Positions 1 to 9,348 of a DNA stretch of 64,000 nt are shown here, piece after piece. How positions within the stretch are numbered: the first letter of the stretch is position 1; the number at the start of each line of letters is the position of its first letter. The position numbers and the translations under genes are program-made. The DNA is taken from contig CAZIUK010000003.1 of assembly GCA_964542785.1 (NCBI GenBank), positions 12,946 through 76,945 on the forward strand, written 5' to 3'. The notes under the pieces are model-generated. The model was not told the origin of the DNA. It saw only the letters and a list, made by a program, of their open reading frames with translations, and searched no databases. This DNA is from an uncultured Planctomycetales bacterium. Lineage in GTDB: Bacteria > Omnitrophota > Gorgyraeia > Gygaellales > Profunditerraquicolaceae.

Positions 1-6
1 ATTAGT

Positions 7-3000
7 ATGCGTTCTTTAGAAGATTTTAAGCTTAAAAAGAACCCACACGGGCAATACCGAGTAGATGATTTTTATTCTGTTTTAAAATATCTTAAATCTG
101 AATATCCCGAAGATATTTTATTTCTCTTTACCTCAACCGATTTAACTTCAAAATTTTATAGCCTAGTCCCTTATTACATCTTTGGCCGGGCGTGGATAGA
201 AGATAAAGTAATAGTTACCTCTATTTATCAATTCCATTCTTTTTCTGCTGAATTATTCAAAGAGCGTATTTATAAGCAGATTCTTCATGAATTAGGTCAT
301 ATATTAGGGCTTGATGATTGTCTTGATTCTAATTGTGCTATGCGTTTTTCTAGAAATATTATGGAATTGGATGAGAGAAAAAAAGAGTTTTGTAGCGGAT
401 GCAGGGGTTTTCTTAAGGTAGAATTAAGCAATTTCCGTGAGAATGACGGCGCTTATACCGCTAATAGTATTTATCTAATAGGGTCAGAAAAAGGCTTACA
501 GGGTGTTAGTTATTTTAGCCTTTATCTTTCGGGATCTGAGGATAAAGAAGGGTTTTTTGGCAATCTTACTAAGCAAGTGGTAGCTTACCATGGGTATAAA
601 GAGGTTGTAGAGTATGAATGTAGCCTGCAAGTTCATCAAAAAGCATTGCACGATATTTATGCAAAAGAGGTTAATTTTAAGACAGGATTAAGAAGGGATT
701 TAGAAACTTTAAAGAGACCTAGATTACCTAAAGAAACTAAAATAGAAAATGTATATCCTTTTAGGCTTTACAGCAAAGAGAGGATTGTAAGTAAGGCAGA
801 TATAGAAAACATAGAGTATTTAAAAGAAAGTCTAAAACGAAATATATACTACGTTAATGCTCCGTCGTTAAGAAAAGATCAGATTATTTTTAGGGTTAAG
901 GACCTTGTTAAAATAGTTTCGTTTATTAAAGCAGAAATAAACAAGCGTCTTCCCAAATTACAGATAATAAATATTTCTGTTTATGGGTCATATCTTTTTA
1001 GCGATGAGGAAGTTGTCCCAAGCGATATAGATATAATTGTTATTGTTGGCGGGAATTACTTTAGTACCGGCATTGAGATCCCGATTAGCCGTTTATGGAT
1101 ACCTTCTTTTGGCAATCTACGTTTGGCTAAGCAGTTTTCTATTTATGTTATGGGCGACGAAAATCTTAAGGACGGCATTTTGGATGAGACTGCAATTTTT
1201 AGCCCGCAGGAAAAAGTTAGATGGCTTGCAACGCAGAAGAGAGTTGTTGAGAATACCTCTTTTGTTTTATACAGAAGGAATGTTGTTTTAGACGGTTGTG
1301 ATTTTATAGCAAACGAAGAGATTTACCGCAGAAATATCTTAGCGCGTGTTTACGACCTTCTTTATAATGCCTACCGTAGGATGTATCTTCATCAACTTAA
1401 GACTAATGAAAAAGAGTTTGAAAGGTTTAAAATTGCTACTACTCGCTTATTAGACGCAGCATTATTTTTAAAAGACCATAAGCCTGTTAGTTTTGATTGC
1501 GAGGAGATATTTAACTTAAGAAAGAGGTTTGAAGAGACCTACGTGATAGACCGTAAGATGGCAAAGTTGGAAGTTCAAAGGGCATGGGTTCAATTATCAG
1601 AGGAATACTCTAGATTTTTAGGAGTTTCTAATTACCGCGATAATGGAGGCAGTTATAAAAATACAAAGCAGGGGTATAGTTGCCCTTTTTTTACAGTAGA
1701 TAGACATCAGGAGGCGTATACCCTAATTCAAGAGTATGTAAAGATAATTGATAAGCTACCTGTACTTATTAACTTTGATGCTCGTTTTGATATAGGGCAA
1801 ACAATTCCGCTTTTAATTGCAGGCCGTAATTGGATATCTTTCCTATTGGATAGTAAGCTAATCCGGAGTTGTTATTTTATTTCAAACAGGCCTAAGTATA
1901 GTAGCTTTATTTTGCATTATGACAATAAAGGAATGATTTTAAAGAGCAATAGTCTAAATTCTTTAGATTGCGCTGAAGAGAATGCTATTGTCAGCATTGA
2001 CTTAGACTATATTATTTCGAAAGATATTCCGGAAGAGATAGACGAAAGTAGGATAGCTTTAGTGGTTAATAGTATATTTAGAATTTTGCGGGAGAATAAT
2101 ATAAAGCCTTCTATGGTTATTGTATTGCGTTCTTCGGACTCCATTCTATCCGCTTTAGAGTGGAGAGCAAGGGCGAGGATTGAATCTTGTTTTCTAGAAT
2201 TTTTTGTGGAGATTAGAAGGAATACCGAATTAGAAAACGAGGCACAAGCTAGGCAGAAGGTTTTAAATAAGGCTACCCTTAAGAAGATAAAAGAGGAGGA
2301 TAATGCTAAGATAAGTATAGTCCTTGGTAATAAGTTAAGGACTTTTACTCTTTATAGATGGGTTAGGATATTTGATAGCATCCTTTTTTCTCTTGATAAA
2401 GAGAGTTCTTCCTTAAAGGGAATGGTTAAAGATATAGAAAGTTTCCGGTTTAGCAATAATTGCTTATCTAAAATACAGGGTTTTATGAATTTGGTAAAAG
2501 ACTCAAGGTTAGAGGAGAAAAAAGAGTCTTTCAGGAGGCTCCTTGTTGCTAAAGAGTTTATAGGGTTAGGAAGGGTTAATTTGGCGGTAGAATCAATGCA
2601 GGCGGTAGCTTTGTTAATAAGGTCGCGTATTGCTGATATTGAGTCTATGAGAGAGAGATTGTTTAAAGTTAGAAAAGAGCTTTTAACATTATCTAAAAAT
2701 AGATTGGAGAGGGTTCAAGGAGCTATTAGAGAAGTAACGGCAGGTTATTGCTATTCTAAAGATAGTAGTTATCTTAAGCAGTCTTTATTTCGGCTATTTA
2801 GATGGCCTTTTTTAGGGGAGCCGGATTTTATAGGGGTACGTAATCAGATTAAGCGCTTAGGAATAATCGTAAATAATCTGCAAAAGAATAAAGCTAGAGG
2901 GCTTCTTTTTGAAAGATTAAAGTTGATAGAGTCTATTTTATCTGAGGCGTTATTAGAGAATGAGTTTACAACAGATTATAGAAATAAGGTTAAATCTTTT

Positions 3001-3423
3001 AGCGGGAGGTTAGAAGAGTTTGATGTTTTATTTAAGGAGTGGGCCGTAAAAAATAGCCTTATTCGAGGCTCTCCGAGGTATTGGAGGGCGCGCCTCTTTA
3101 AGGCTCTCTTTATCTCGGAGAAATCCCCTTGTTTTGCTGCCTGCGATACTATGCTCTTAGTCATCAAGGTTACGAATTTTAGGTTGATTATTCATAGTTT
3201 AATTAAAAATAACCGCTCTAATCTTTTAGGGTTTATTCTTGGTTTTTTAAAATCAAACCCAGATATGCATTGCGCAAAAGATATTACCGGTAAAAATAGG
3301 AATCAATTCCTTATGGAGCTTATAGCAAATGCCTCTTCTGATTTTAATTTATTAGAAAAAGCCAAGGCAGAAGATATAGTAAACCTTTATAAGGCGTTTT
3401 TAATCAAGTTTCCTGGAAAATAG
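7..3423 (+). CDS. Multidomain fusion protein: archaemetzincin-like Zn-metallopeptidase N-terminus, Pol-beta-type nucleotidyltransferase core, possible ureohydrolase-fold relic and a long helical C-terminus
   Basis: 1138-aa ORF. Residues 94-133, HELGHILGLDDCLDSNCAM-x16-CSGC, fit the archaemetzincin signature HExxHxxGx3Cx4CxM...CxxC. Residues 327-342, GSYLFSDEEVVPSDID, fit the minimal NTase motif G[SG]-x(9-13)-DxD. RRMYLH (Rx4H) lies in the following helical segment. Residues 700-1138 are unassigned. Confidence 0.6.
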   Translation: MRSLEDFKLKKNPHGQYRVDDFYSVLKYLKSEYPEDILFLFTSTDLTSKFYSLVPYYIFGRAWIEDKVIVTSIYQFHSFSAELFKERIYKQILHELGHILGLDDCLDSNCAMRFSRNIMELDERKKEFCSGCRGFLKVELSNFRENDGAYTANSIYLIGSEKGLQGVSYFSLYLSGSEDKEGFFGNLTKQVVAYHGYKEVVEYECSLQVHQKALHDIYAKEVNFKTGLRRDLETLKRPRLPKETKIENVYPFRLYSKERIVSKADIENIEYLKESLKRNIYYVNAPSLRKDQIIFRVKDLVKIVSFIKAEINKRLPKLQIINISVYGSYLFSDEEVVPSDIDIIVIVGGNYFSTGIEIPISRLWIPSFGNLRLAKQFSIYVMGDENLKDGILDETAIFSPQEKVRWLATQKRVVENTSFVLYRRNVVLDGCDFIANEEIYRRNILARVYDLLYNAYRRMYLHQLKTNEKEFERFKIATTRLLDAALFLKDHKPVSFDCEEIFNLRKRFEETYVIDRKMAKLEVQRAWVQLSEEYSRFLGVSNYRDNGGSYKNTKQGYSCPFFTVDRHQEAYTLIQEYVKIIDKLPVLINFDARFDIGQTIPLLIAGRNWISFLLDSKLIRSCYFISNRPKYSSFILHYDNKGMILKSNSLNSLDCAEENAIVSIDLDYIISKDIPEEIDESRIALVVNSIFRILRENNIKPSMVIVLRSSDSILSALEWRARARIESCFLEFFVEIRRNTELENEAQARQKVLNKATLKKIKEEDNAKISIVLGNKLRTFTLYRWVRIFDSILFSLDKESSSLKGMVKDIESFRFSNNCLSKIQGFMNLVKDSRLEEKKESFRRLLVAKEFIGLGRVNLAVESMQAVALLIRSRIADIESMRERLFKVRKELLTLSKNRLERVQGAIREVTAGYCYSKDSSYLKQSLFRLFRWPFLGEPDFIGVRNQIKRLGIIVNNLQKNKARGLLFERLKLIESILSEALLENEFTTDYRNKVKSFSGRLEEFDVLFKEWAVKNSLIRGSPRYWRARLFKALFISEKSPCFAACDTMLLVIKVTNFRLIIHSLIKNNRSNLLGFILGFLKSNPDMHCAKDITGKNRNQFLMELIANASSDFNLLEKAKAEDIVNLYKAFLIKFPGK

Positions 3424-3588
3424 GGGGGTCTTTTTTGTAAGGGGGAAGGATTTGCAAGAAATTAAGAAGGGTTTTGTTTTTTATTTTAGAAGAGTAGTTG
3501 TTTGTTTCTGTTATATTGTATCGGAGTTTATGATATAATAATTTAGAGTTTAAGCAGGAAAAGCTACAGAGAGAAAGGATGTTAGAGT

Positions 3589-3945
3589 ATGGATGAGCGT
3601 AGAGCTTACCCTAGGATGAGAGTGGATAAAAATGCGGCTTGTACGATTGAAAACCGCTTTACTCCGCTTGCCTGTAATGTTGATGATATAAGTTTAAGTG
3701 GAGTAAGGATTACGATGTCAAAGAATCTTTTCCCGGAGGCTTTTTCTAATATAACCCTGGATATTCCGGAAACTTTATCTTTTAATGTCGGAACGCATGT
3801 CGCCTGGCATGATGAATACGAAGGAAAAAACACATATGGCCTTGCCTTCAATAGGTTAGATGATGGGGATAGAGATAAAATAGCCATTTTTATAAAAGAT
3901 AATTTGTTTAAGACTTTAAGTAAAGAATGGTGGAGGGGCTTATAA
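3589..3945 (+). CDS. PilZ domain protein (putative c-di-GMP receptor)
   Basis: 118 aa. Both PilZ motifs are present: RRAYPR (RRxxxR) and DISLSG (DxSxxG). Confidence 0.8.
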   Translation: MDERRAYPRMRVDKNAACTIENRFTPLACNVDDISLSGVRITMSKNLFPEAFSNITLDIPETLSFNVGTHVAWHDEYEGKNTYGLAFNRLDDGDRDKIAIFIKDNLFKTLSKEWWRGL

Positions 3946-3946
3946 T

Positions 3947-4633
3947 ATGTATGAACGCAGGAAGATATCCAGATGGCGCATTGATAAGCCGGCGAGGATT
4001 AAGTTTGAAGGATCCGTTTCTTTTATTGATTGCTTGGTCAAAGATATTAATTTTAAAGGCATGCAGATTGTAATGCCTTTAAGATTTAAGGCAGATACTT
4101 ATATAAAATTTAAGTTAAAATTGTCAGATCTTTTTTCTATAGAGAGTGAGGCATGGATAGCTTGGCATAAAAATAGCGATAGGCATAACATTTACGGCTT
4201 TTTATTTACAAGACTTACTGATGCAGATAAAGAAGTTATTTATAAATTTGTTTATCAGAGTGTCCCTGAAGCAATTTCGCATAATTTGTGGAAGGATGCT
4301 TTAAGGGAAGGAGGTGAAGATATGAATGACCGTAGGGTTTTCCAGAGGTTTAATATTCGTTTTTCTGTTAGGTTGTTTGATTTAAATAGCGGATATGAGT
4401 TTACCGGAGAGACAAGCGATATAAGCGCTAAAGGTCTAGGGGTATGGTTAAAAGACGATATACCTCCTAATACTCCTTTGGAGGCTTGGCTGAAGATCCC
4501 CGATAAAGGTGAACCTTTATACACAAGGGGGAGCGTGGCCTGGTCAAAGCCTGACCTTCAGGGTGAACACCGTTTAGGCATAAGCCTTGAACGGGCTGAC
4601 CTTATGGGTTTATCTAGGATATTGAGGATTTAG
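3947..4633 (+). CDS. Tandem PilZ domain protein
   Basis: 228 aa. Domain 1 has RRKISR and DINFKG (Ser replaced by Asn). Domain 2 has RRVFQR and DISAKG. The start lies 2 nt after the preceding PilZ gene. Confidence 0.8.
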   Translation: MYERRKISRWRIDKPARIKFEGSVSFIDCLVKDINFKGMQIVMPLRFKADTYIKFKLKLSDLFSIESEAWIAWHKNSDRHNIYGFLFTRLTDADKEVIYKFVYQSVPEAISHNLWKDALREGGEDMNDRRVFQRFNIRFSVRLFDLNSGYEFTGETSDISAKGLGVWLKDDIPPNTPLEAWLKIPDKGEPLYTRGSVAWSKPDLQGEHRLGISLERADLMGLSRILRI

Positions 4634-4670
4634 AAAAATATTTTAAAAATTTTAATCAGATTATAAAAAT

Positions 4671-5981
4671 ATGATAAGATCTAAGTTTTGCCTCTTTATT
4701 TTTGGTACTTTTTTTGCGTTTGCGATAGTATTATCAGGCTGTCTGCAAAAAAACAGGATAGATAAACCTACCCTTACTCTCTGGCATTGGATGACTGACC
4801 GAGAAACTCCCTTTAAAGAGTTAGCTAAAAAGTATGAAGCTAAGACAGGGATAAAGATAAACCTTGAGCTTTATGCGCCCTCAGAGGCTTATGCGCAAAA
4901 GGTGCGTGTTGCAGCACAAGGAGCAAACCTGCCTGATATCTTTGCCATCTTAGGGGAAAAGAGGGATCTTGCATCTTTTATTAAAGCCGGGCTTATCCTC
5001 GATCTTACCTCTTATATGCAAGAAGATTCCTTTAGGTGGGAGGGGCTTTTTTATCCTAAGGCGATAGCTGTAAATAGTTTTAGCAAGGATGACAGCTATG
5101 GAGTTAGTCCAGGGATTTATGGCGTGCCGATAGATATAATGACTATTCAAATGCTTTATAATAAGTCTTTATTTAAGAGCCTGGGGTTAAATCCGAATAA
5201 CCCCCCGAAAGATTTTACAGAAATTTTAAATATAGCAAAGAAGATTAAGGAAGAAGGTTTGCAAGGGTTTGTTTCCGGCTTTAGCGAGGTATGGTTGGTT
5301 TATTGCTTTGCCGAAAACTATGCCTTTAATATTATGGGTCCGGAAAAGATGTTAGCTACCATAAAAGGAGAGGTTCCTTATACTGATTCAGACTGGGTTA
5401 GAGTTTTAGAATTATTTAAGGATATGCAGGAATCCGGACTGTTGGCTAAGGGGATAGTTACTATGGTTAATAAGACCGCTGAACAGCTTTTTGCTAATGA
5501 GAAGGCGGTATTTGCTTTTAATGGCTCTTGGTCTGTAAATGTCTATAAAGCGATGAACCCAAAATTAAATTACGATGTTTTTTTTCCTCCTCGGGCAAGC
5601 TATAATTATCCTATGGTTATAAGGGGAGGGGCTGGTTCTTCATTTGTGGTTAATGCACGTTCGCCTAATAAAAAAGAGGCGGTAAATTTTTTACGTTGGC
5701 TTACTGAAGATGAGCAGCAGGTATATCTATCTGAAGCAACTAATAATCTTCCAGCGAATAAAAAGGCAACAGGTTCCCTAAGTGGAGTTTTAGCCGGTTT
5801 TGCCAAGGGTATAGATAGCGCCATACATCCTAATCTTTGGGAAGAAAGGGAATCGTCGTCGGTAATTGATGCTTTTGGCAGGGGGGTGCAGTCAATTATT
5901 ATAGGCAAGAAGACTCCTGAAGAGGCGGCTTTAGAGATCCAGAAGATAAAAGAGAAGGAGTTAATTAGAAAGCGCAAATAA
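4671..5981 (+). CDS. ABC transporter extracellular solute-binding lipoprotein (CUT1 sugar type)
   Basis: 436 aa. It has a signal peptide with a lipobox-like LSGC and overall sugar-binding-protein character. Two MalF/MalG-type permeases follow immediately. Confidence 0.8.
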   Translation: MIRSKFCLFIFGTFFAFAIVLSGCLQKNRIDKPTLTLWHWMTDRETPFKELAKKYEAKTGIKINLELYAPSEAYAQKVRVAAQGANLPDIFAILGEKRDLASFIKAGLILDLTSYMQEDSFRWEGLFYPKAIAVNSFSKDDSYGVSPGIYGVPIDIMTIQMLYNKSLFKSLGLNPNNPPKDFTEILNIAKKIKEEGLQGFVSGFSEVWLVYCFAENYAFNIMGPEKMLATIKGEVPYTDSDWVRVLELFKDMQESGLLAKGIVTMVNKTAEQLFANEKAVFAFNGSWSVNVYKAMNPKLNYDVFFPPRASYNYPMVIRGGAGSSFVVNARSPNKKEAVNFLRWLTEDEQQVYLSEATNNLPANKKATGSLSGVLAGFAKGIDSAIHPNLWEERESSSVIDAFGRGVQSIIIGKKTPEEAALEIQKIKEKELIRKRK

Positions 5982-5982
5982 G

Positions 5983-6864
5983 ATGAAGTTAGGGCCTAAT
6001 TTAGAAAATTATGCTTTGATTTTCCCGGCGTTATTGATCTTCTCTATATTTTATATCATTCCTTTTATATGGATTTTTCAGTTAAGTTTTTTTGATTGGG
6101 ACGGGATATTGCCCTATAAGTCTTTTTGCGCTCTGGCTAACTTCAAGGAGGTTCTTTTTGAGGATTTTAGTTTTTGGCAATCTATGCGTAACGCAGGGTA
6201 TATTACTCTTGTAGCGCTCTCTTTTCAGAATCTTTTAGCGTTCTTGTTAGCTTTGGCGTGTGACCGTCAGATACGTATGAAGAATTTTTATCAAGCGGTA
6301 TTTTTTATCCCCCCTATACTCTCTGAAATAGTTGTAGGTATAGTATGGCGTTTTATCATTAGCGATGTTGAAGGAGCTAATATAGTTAACCGTATCCTCT
6401 GCGGGATTGGGCTGCAAGAGCTTGCGCGCAACTGGTTGGCTGATCCTGATATTGCGCTTACCACTATATCTATAGTGCATAGCTGGAAGGGGTTTGGCTG
6501 GGGATTTTTAATCTTTCTTGCCGGGCTACAAACTATCCCTAAAGAGCTTTACGAGGCGGCGCGCATTGACGGGGCTAATGCTTGGGATTCCTTTAAAAAG
6601 ATTACCCTTCCTTCAATGGTGCCGGTAATAGTATTAGTATCAATATTAACAATTTTAGGGACGATGCAGGCATTTGCATTGATTATAGGGCTTGTAGGAG
6701 GGGAGTTTGCCGGGCATACCTCGGTTCCGGTTTTAAGGATATTAGCGGTTATGCGCGATTCATCGCGCTTTGGCTATGCCTGCGCACAAGGGTTGATCTT
6801 TGGGGCAGTTTTGGTAATAATCTCATTTATGCAATATAGGTTTTCTGGTAAATATCGTAAATAA
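5983..6864 (+). CDS. Sugar ABC transporter permease (MalF/UgpA-like)
   Basis: 293 aa and polytopic. The EAA-loop-like sequence is ELYEAARIDGANAWDSFKKITLP. Confidence 0.85.
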   Translation: MKLGPNLENYALIFPALLIFSIFYIIPFIWIFQLSFFDWDGILPYKSFCALANFKEVLFEDFSFWQSMRNAGYITLVALSFQNLLAFLLALACDRQIRMKNFYQAVFFIPPILSEIVVGIVWRFIISDVEGANIVNRILCGIGLQELARNWLADPDIALTTISIVHSWKGFGWGFLIFLAGLQTIPKELYEAARIDGANAWDSFKKITLPSMVPVIVLVSILTILGTMQAFALIIGLVGGEFAGHTSVPVLRILAVMRDSSRFGYACAQGLIFGAVLVIISFMQYRFSGKYRK

Positions 6865-7712
6865 TGGAAAGCGCTGTTTATTATAAAATAAAAAGATTTA
6901 TACAAGGTTTTTTTACGCACCTATTCCTTATCAGCGTGGCTTTAACCTGTCTGTATCCTTTACTATGGATATTCTTTGGTAGTTTTAAGACACAAGAGAG
7001 TATTTTTAATAGTATCTCGATTATCCCTGAAAAATTTCATTTTGAAAATTATTATTTTGCGTTAATTAAAAGTGATTTTAGCCGTTATTTTTTTAATAGC
7101 GTTTTCTATACTATTATCGTAGTAATTGCGGTAGTAATCATTTCTTCAATGGCAGGGTATGCCTTTAGCCGTTTGCGTTTCTTTGGGAGAAGGGCGGTAT
7201 TTTTAATATTTATAGCAGCGATGATGATTCCTTTACCCGGAAGTTTCGTAGCCCTATTTATCCTATTAAATAAATTGCATCTGCGCGATACTCCTTTAGG
7301 GTATATTTTATGTATGGTTAATGCCGGGCTGCCCGTAAGCATATTTTTGCTAAAGACATTTTTTGACACGATGCCTAAAGAGATTGAAGATGCCGCGCGC
7401 ATTGACGGTTGTTCTAAAATAGGTATTTGGCGGCATATAGCCTTGCCGCTTGCGCGGCCTGCCCTAGCGGTAGTAATTATTATTAACGTTTTAAATGTTT
7501 GGAATGAATATATCCTGGCTTTGGTAGTTTTTGACAACAAAAACTTTATGCCCCTTCAGCGGGCGTTAGTAGTTTTTCAGGGGGAGTTTTTAACTAACTA
7601 TCCGCTTTTAATGGCAGGACTTACCATAACAGTCATGCCCATAATTATTATCTATATCCTGATGCAAAAGCATATAGTCAAGGGGGTAACTTCCAAGGTC
7701 TTTTTTGGATAA
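6864..7712 (+). CDS. Sugar ABC transporter permease (MalG/UgpE-like)
   Basis: 282 aa and polytopic. The EAA loop is EIEDAARIDGCSKIGIWRHIALP. The start overlaps the upstream stop. Confidence 0.85.
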   Translation: MESAVYYKIKRFIQGFFTHLFLISVALTCLYPLLWIFFGSFKTQESIFNSISIIPEKFHFENYYFALIKSDFSRYFFNSVFYTIIVVIAVVIISSMAGYAFSRLRFFGRRAVFLIFIAAMMIPLPGSFVALFILLNKLHLRDTPLGYILCMVNAGLPVSIFLLKTFFDTMPKEIEDAARIDGCSKIGIWRHIALPLARPALAVVIIINVLNVWNEYILALVVFDNKNFMPLQRALVVFQGEFLTNYPLLMAGLTITVMPIIIIYILMQKHIVKGVTSKVFFG

Positions 7713-7720
7713 TAAATGTA

Positions 7721-7748
7721 TTTACAAGCATAGTAAATCTGTTATAAT
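7721..7748 (+). promoter_or_regulatory. Sigma70-like promoter for the symporter gene
   Basis: TTTACA (7721-7726), a 16-nt spacer and TATAAT (7743-7748), lying 77 nt upstream of the ATG at 7825. Confidence 0.5.
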
Positions 7749-7824
7749 ATATTTCTTAATTTTTGCCTATTTTGGCTTTACCTAATATATTAACTGTAGT
7801 TATAAGAGAAAGGACAGGCAACTT

Positions 7825-9336
7825 ATGAGCCAGCTGGAGGGTCAAGTTAAGCACCATCTTACAGCGCCAGAAGACCGTATCTCTATTTTTCAGCAGTTTA
7901 TTTATAGCTTAGGCGGGTTTGCAAATACTGCGCAGGCTGCTTTTATCGGGCAGATGGTTATTGTCTTAAACTTAGGTTTAGGGGTAAACCCAGCCTTAGT
8001 TGGTTTGGTAGGAGCTATCCCGCGCATAGTGGATGCTATCTCAGACCCTATAACCGGGTATTTTTCCGATAATTTACGTACCCGTTGGGGGAGGCGTAAG
8101 CCAATGATATTTTTAGGGGCTATAACCGGAGGGATTTGTTTTGCCTTGATGTTTCAGCTTTACAAAGGGTACAGCGAGATGTTTTACTTCTGGTATTTTT
8201 TGATATTCCAAATCCTTTATTTTATAGGGTTTACCTGTTTTTCTATTCCTTGGATAGCTCTTGGTTATGAGATGACCCCTGATTACCATGAAAGGACGCG
8301 GCTGCAAGGCGCAAGTAATATCGCCGGGCAGTTACCTTGGCTTATTGCTCCTTGGTGTTGGGCTATTATGCATAATCAAGCATGGTTCCCAGATATAGTT
8401 TACGGGGGGAGGGTTCTCTCGGTTATTATTGGGACCATTATCGTTATTTTTGGTATTATGCCGGCAATCTTTAATAAGGAGCGTTTTTATGCCTTGCCAA
8501 AGCCTGATGTAAGGGGTGCTTTAAATGTAACAAAGAGCTTTTTTTCCGGAGCCCTCATTACCCTTAAATGTAAATCTTTTCTTAAGCTGTGTTTAGCTAC
8601 CCTGCTTATCTTTGGCGGGTTCATGTGTGCCTCAGCTTTTACGATTTACGTAGTCTTCTTTTATGTTTTTCAGAATGCTCCTATTCTTGATCAGGCCTAT
8701 GCGAAGGGGGGAATTTTACTTGGATTCTACGGGACCTTCAGCGCTATTTGTACGATGGGGGTAATTTTTGTGACTACGTGGCTTTCTAGAAAGCTCGGCA
8801 AGAGAAACGCATTTTTTGTTACTATACCTATTTCAATTATTGGTTATGCCTTAAAGTGGATAGGCTATAATCCACAGTATCCTTATTTGCTTTTTGTTGC
8901 TGCTCCTTTTATCGTTTTTGGATTAGGGTCTCTTTTTACTCTAATGAGCTCTATGGTAGCTGATGTCTGTGACCTAGATGAGCTTAATACGACTACCCGG
9001 CGTGAAGGCATGTTTAGTGCAGTTTATTGGTGGATGGTTAAGTTAGGGATTGCGCTCGCCTCGATTATTTCGGGGGTACTCATAAATGCAACCGGCTTTC
9101 GTCAAGAGCTTGGTTTATTCCAGTCTGTAGATACCTTGCTTTGGCTTAGGATTTATGATATAGGTATCCCTATAGTAACTTCCCTTATTGCTATTTTTAT
9201 TATTATGACTTTTGATATTTCTGAGTCTAGGGCGTGCGATATCCGCCAGCAGATAGAAAGACGCAGAGGAGAAAGGCGTGCAGAAGAAGAGAAACATATA
9301 GAAGAAGAAAGGCGTAAGGGAGAAAGAAGGAATTAA
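7825..9336 (+). CDS. Glycoside-pentoside-hexuronide (GPH)/MFS cation symporter, MelB-like
   Basis: 503 aa with about 12 TM segments. The N-terminus (DRISIFQQFIYSLGGFANT...) is GPH-like. The charged C-terminal tail is RRRGERRAEEEKHIEEERRKGERRN. Confidence 0.75.
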   Translation: MSQLEGQVKHHLTAPEDRISIFQQFIYSLGGFANTAQAAFIGQMVIVLNLGLGVNPALVGLVGAIPRIVDAISDPITGYFSDNLRTRWGRRKPMIFLGAITGGICFALMFQLYKGYSEMFYFWYFLIFQILYFIGFTCFSIPWIALGYEMTPDYHERTRLQGASNIAGQLPWLIAPWCWAIMHNQAWFPDIVYGGRVLSVIIGTIIVIFGIMPAIFNKERFYALPKPDVRGALNVTKSFFSGALITLKCKSFLKLCLATLLIFGGFMCASAFTIYVVFFYVFQNAPILDQAYAKGGILLGFYGTFSAICTMGVIFVTTWLSRKLGKRNAFFVTIPISIIGYALKWIGYNPQYPYLLFVAAPFIVFGLGSLFTLMSSMVADVCDLDELNTTTRREGMFSAVYWWMVKLGIALASIISGVLINATGFRQELGLFQSVDTLLWLRIYDIGIPIVTSLIAIFIIMTFDISESRACDIRQQIERRRGERRAEEEKHIEEERRKGERRN

Positions 9337-9348
9337 GGTAATAGTACA

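Noticed and set aside
3424-3588. Promoter upstream of the first PilZ gene (TATAAT at 3534-3539).
   Set aside because: The -10 hexamer is perfect, but I found no convincing -35 element at 16-18 nt spacing (only TTATAT). It is too weak to list as a feature.
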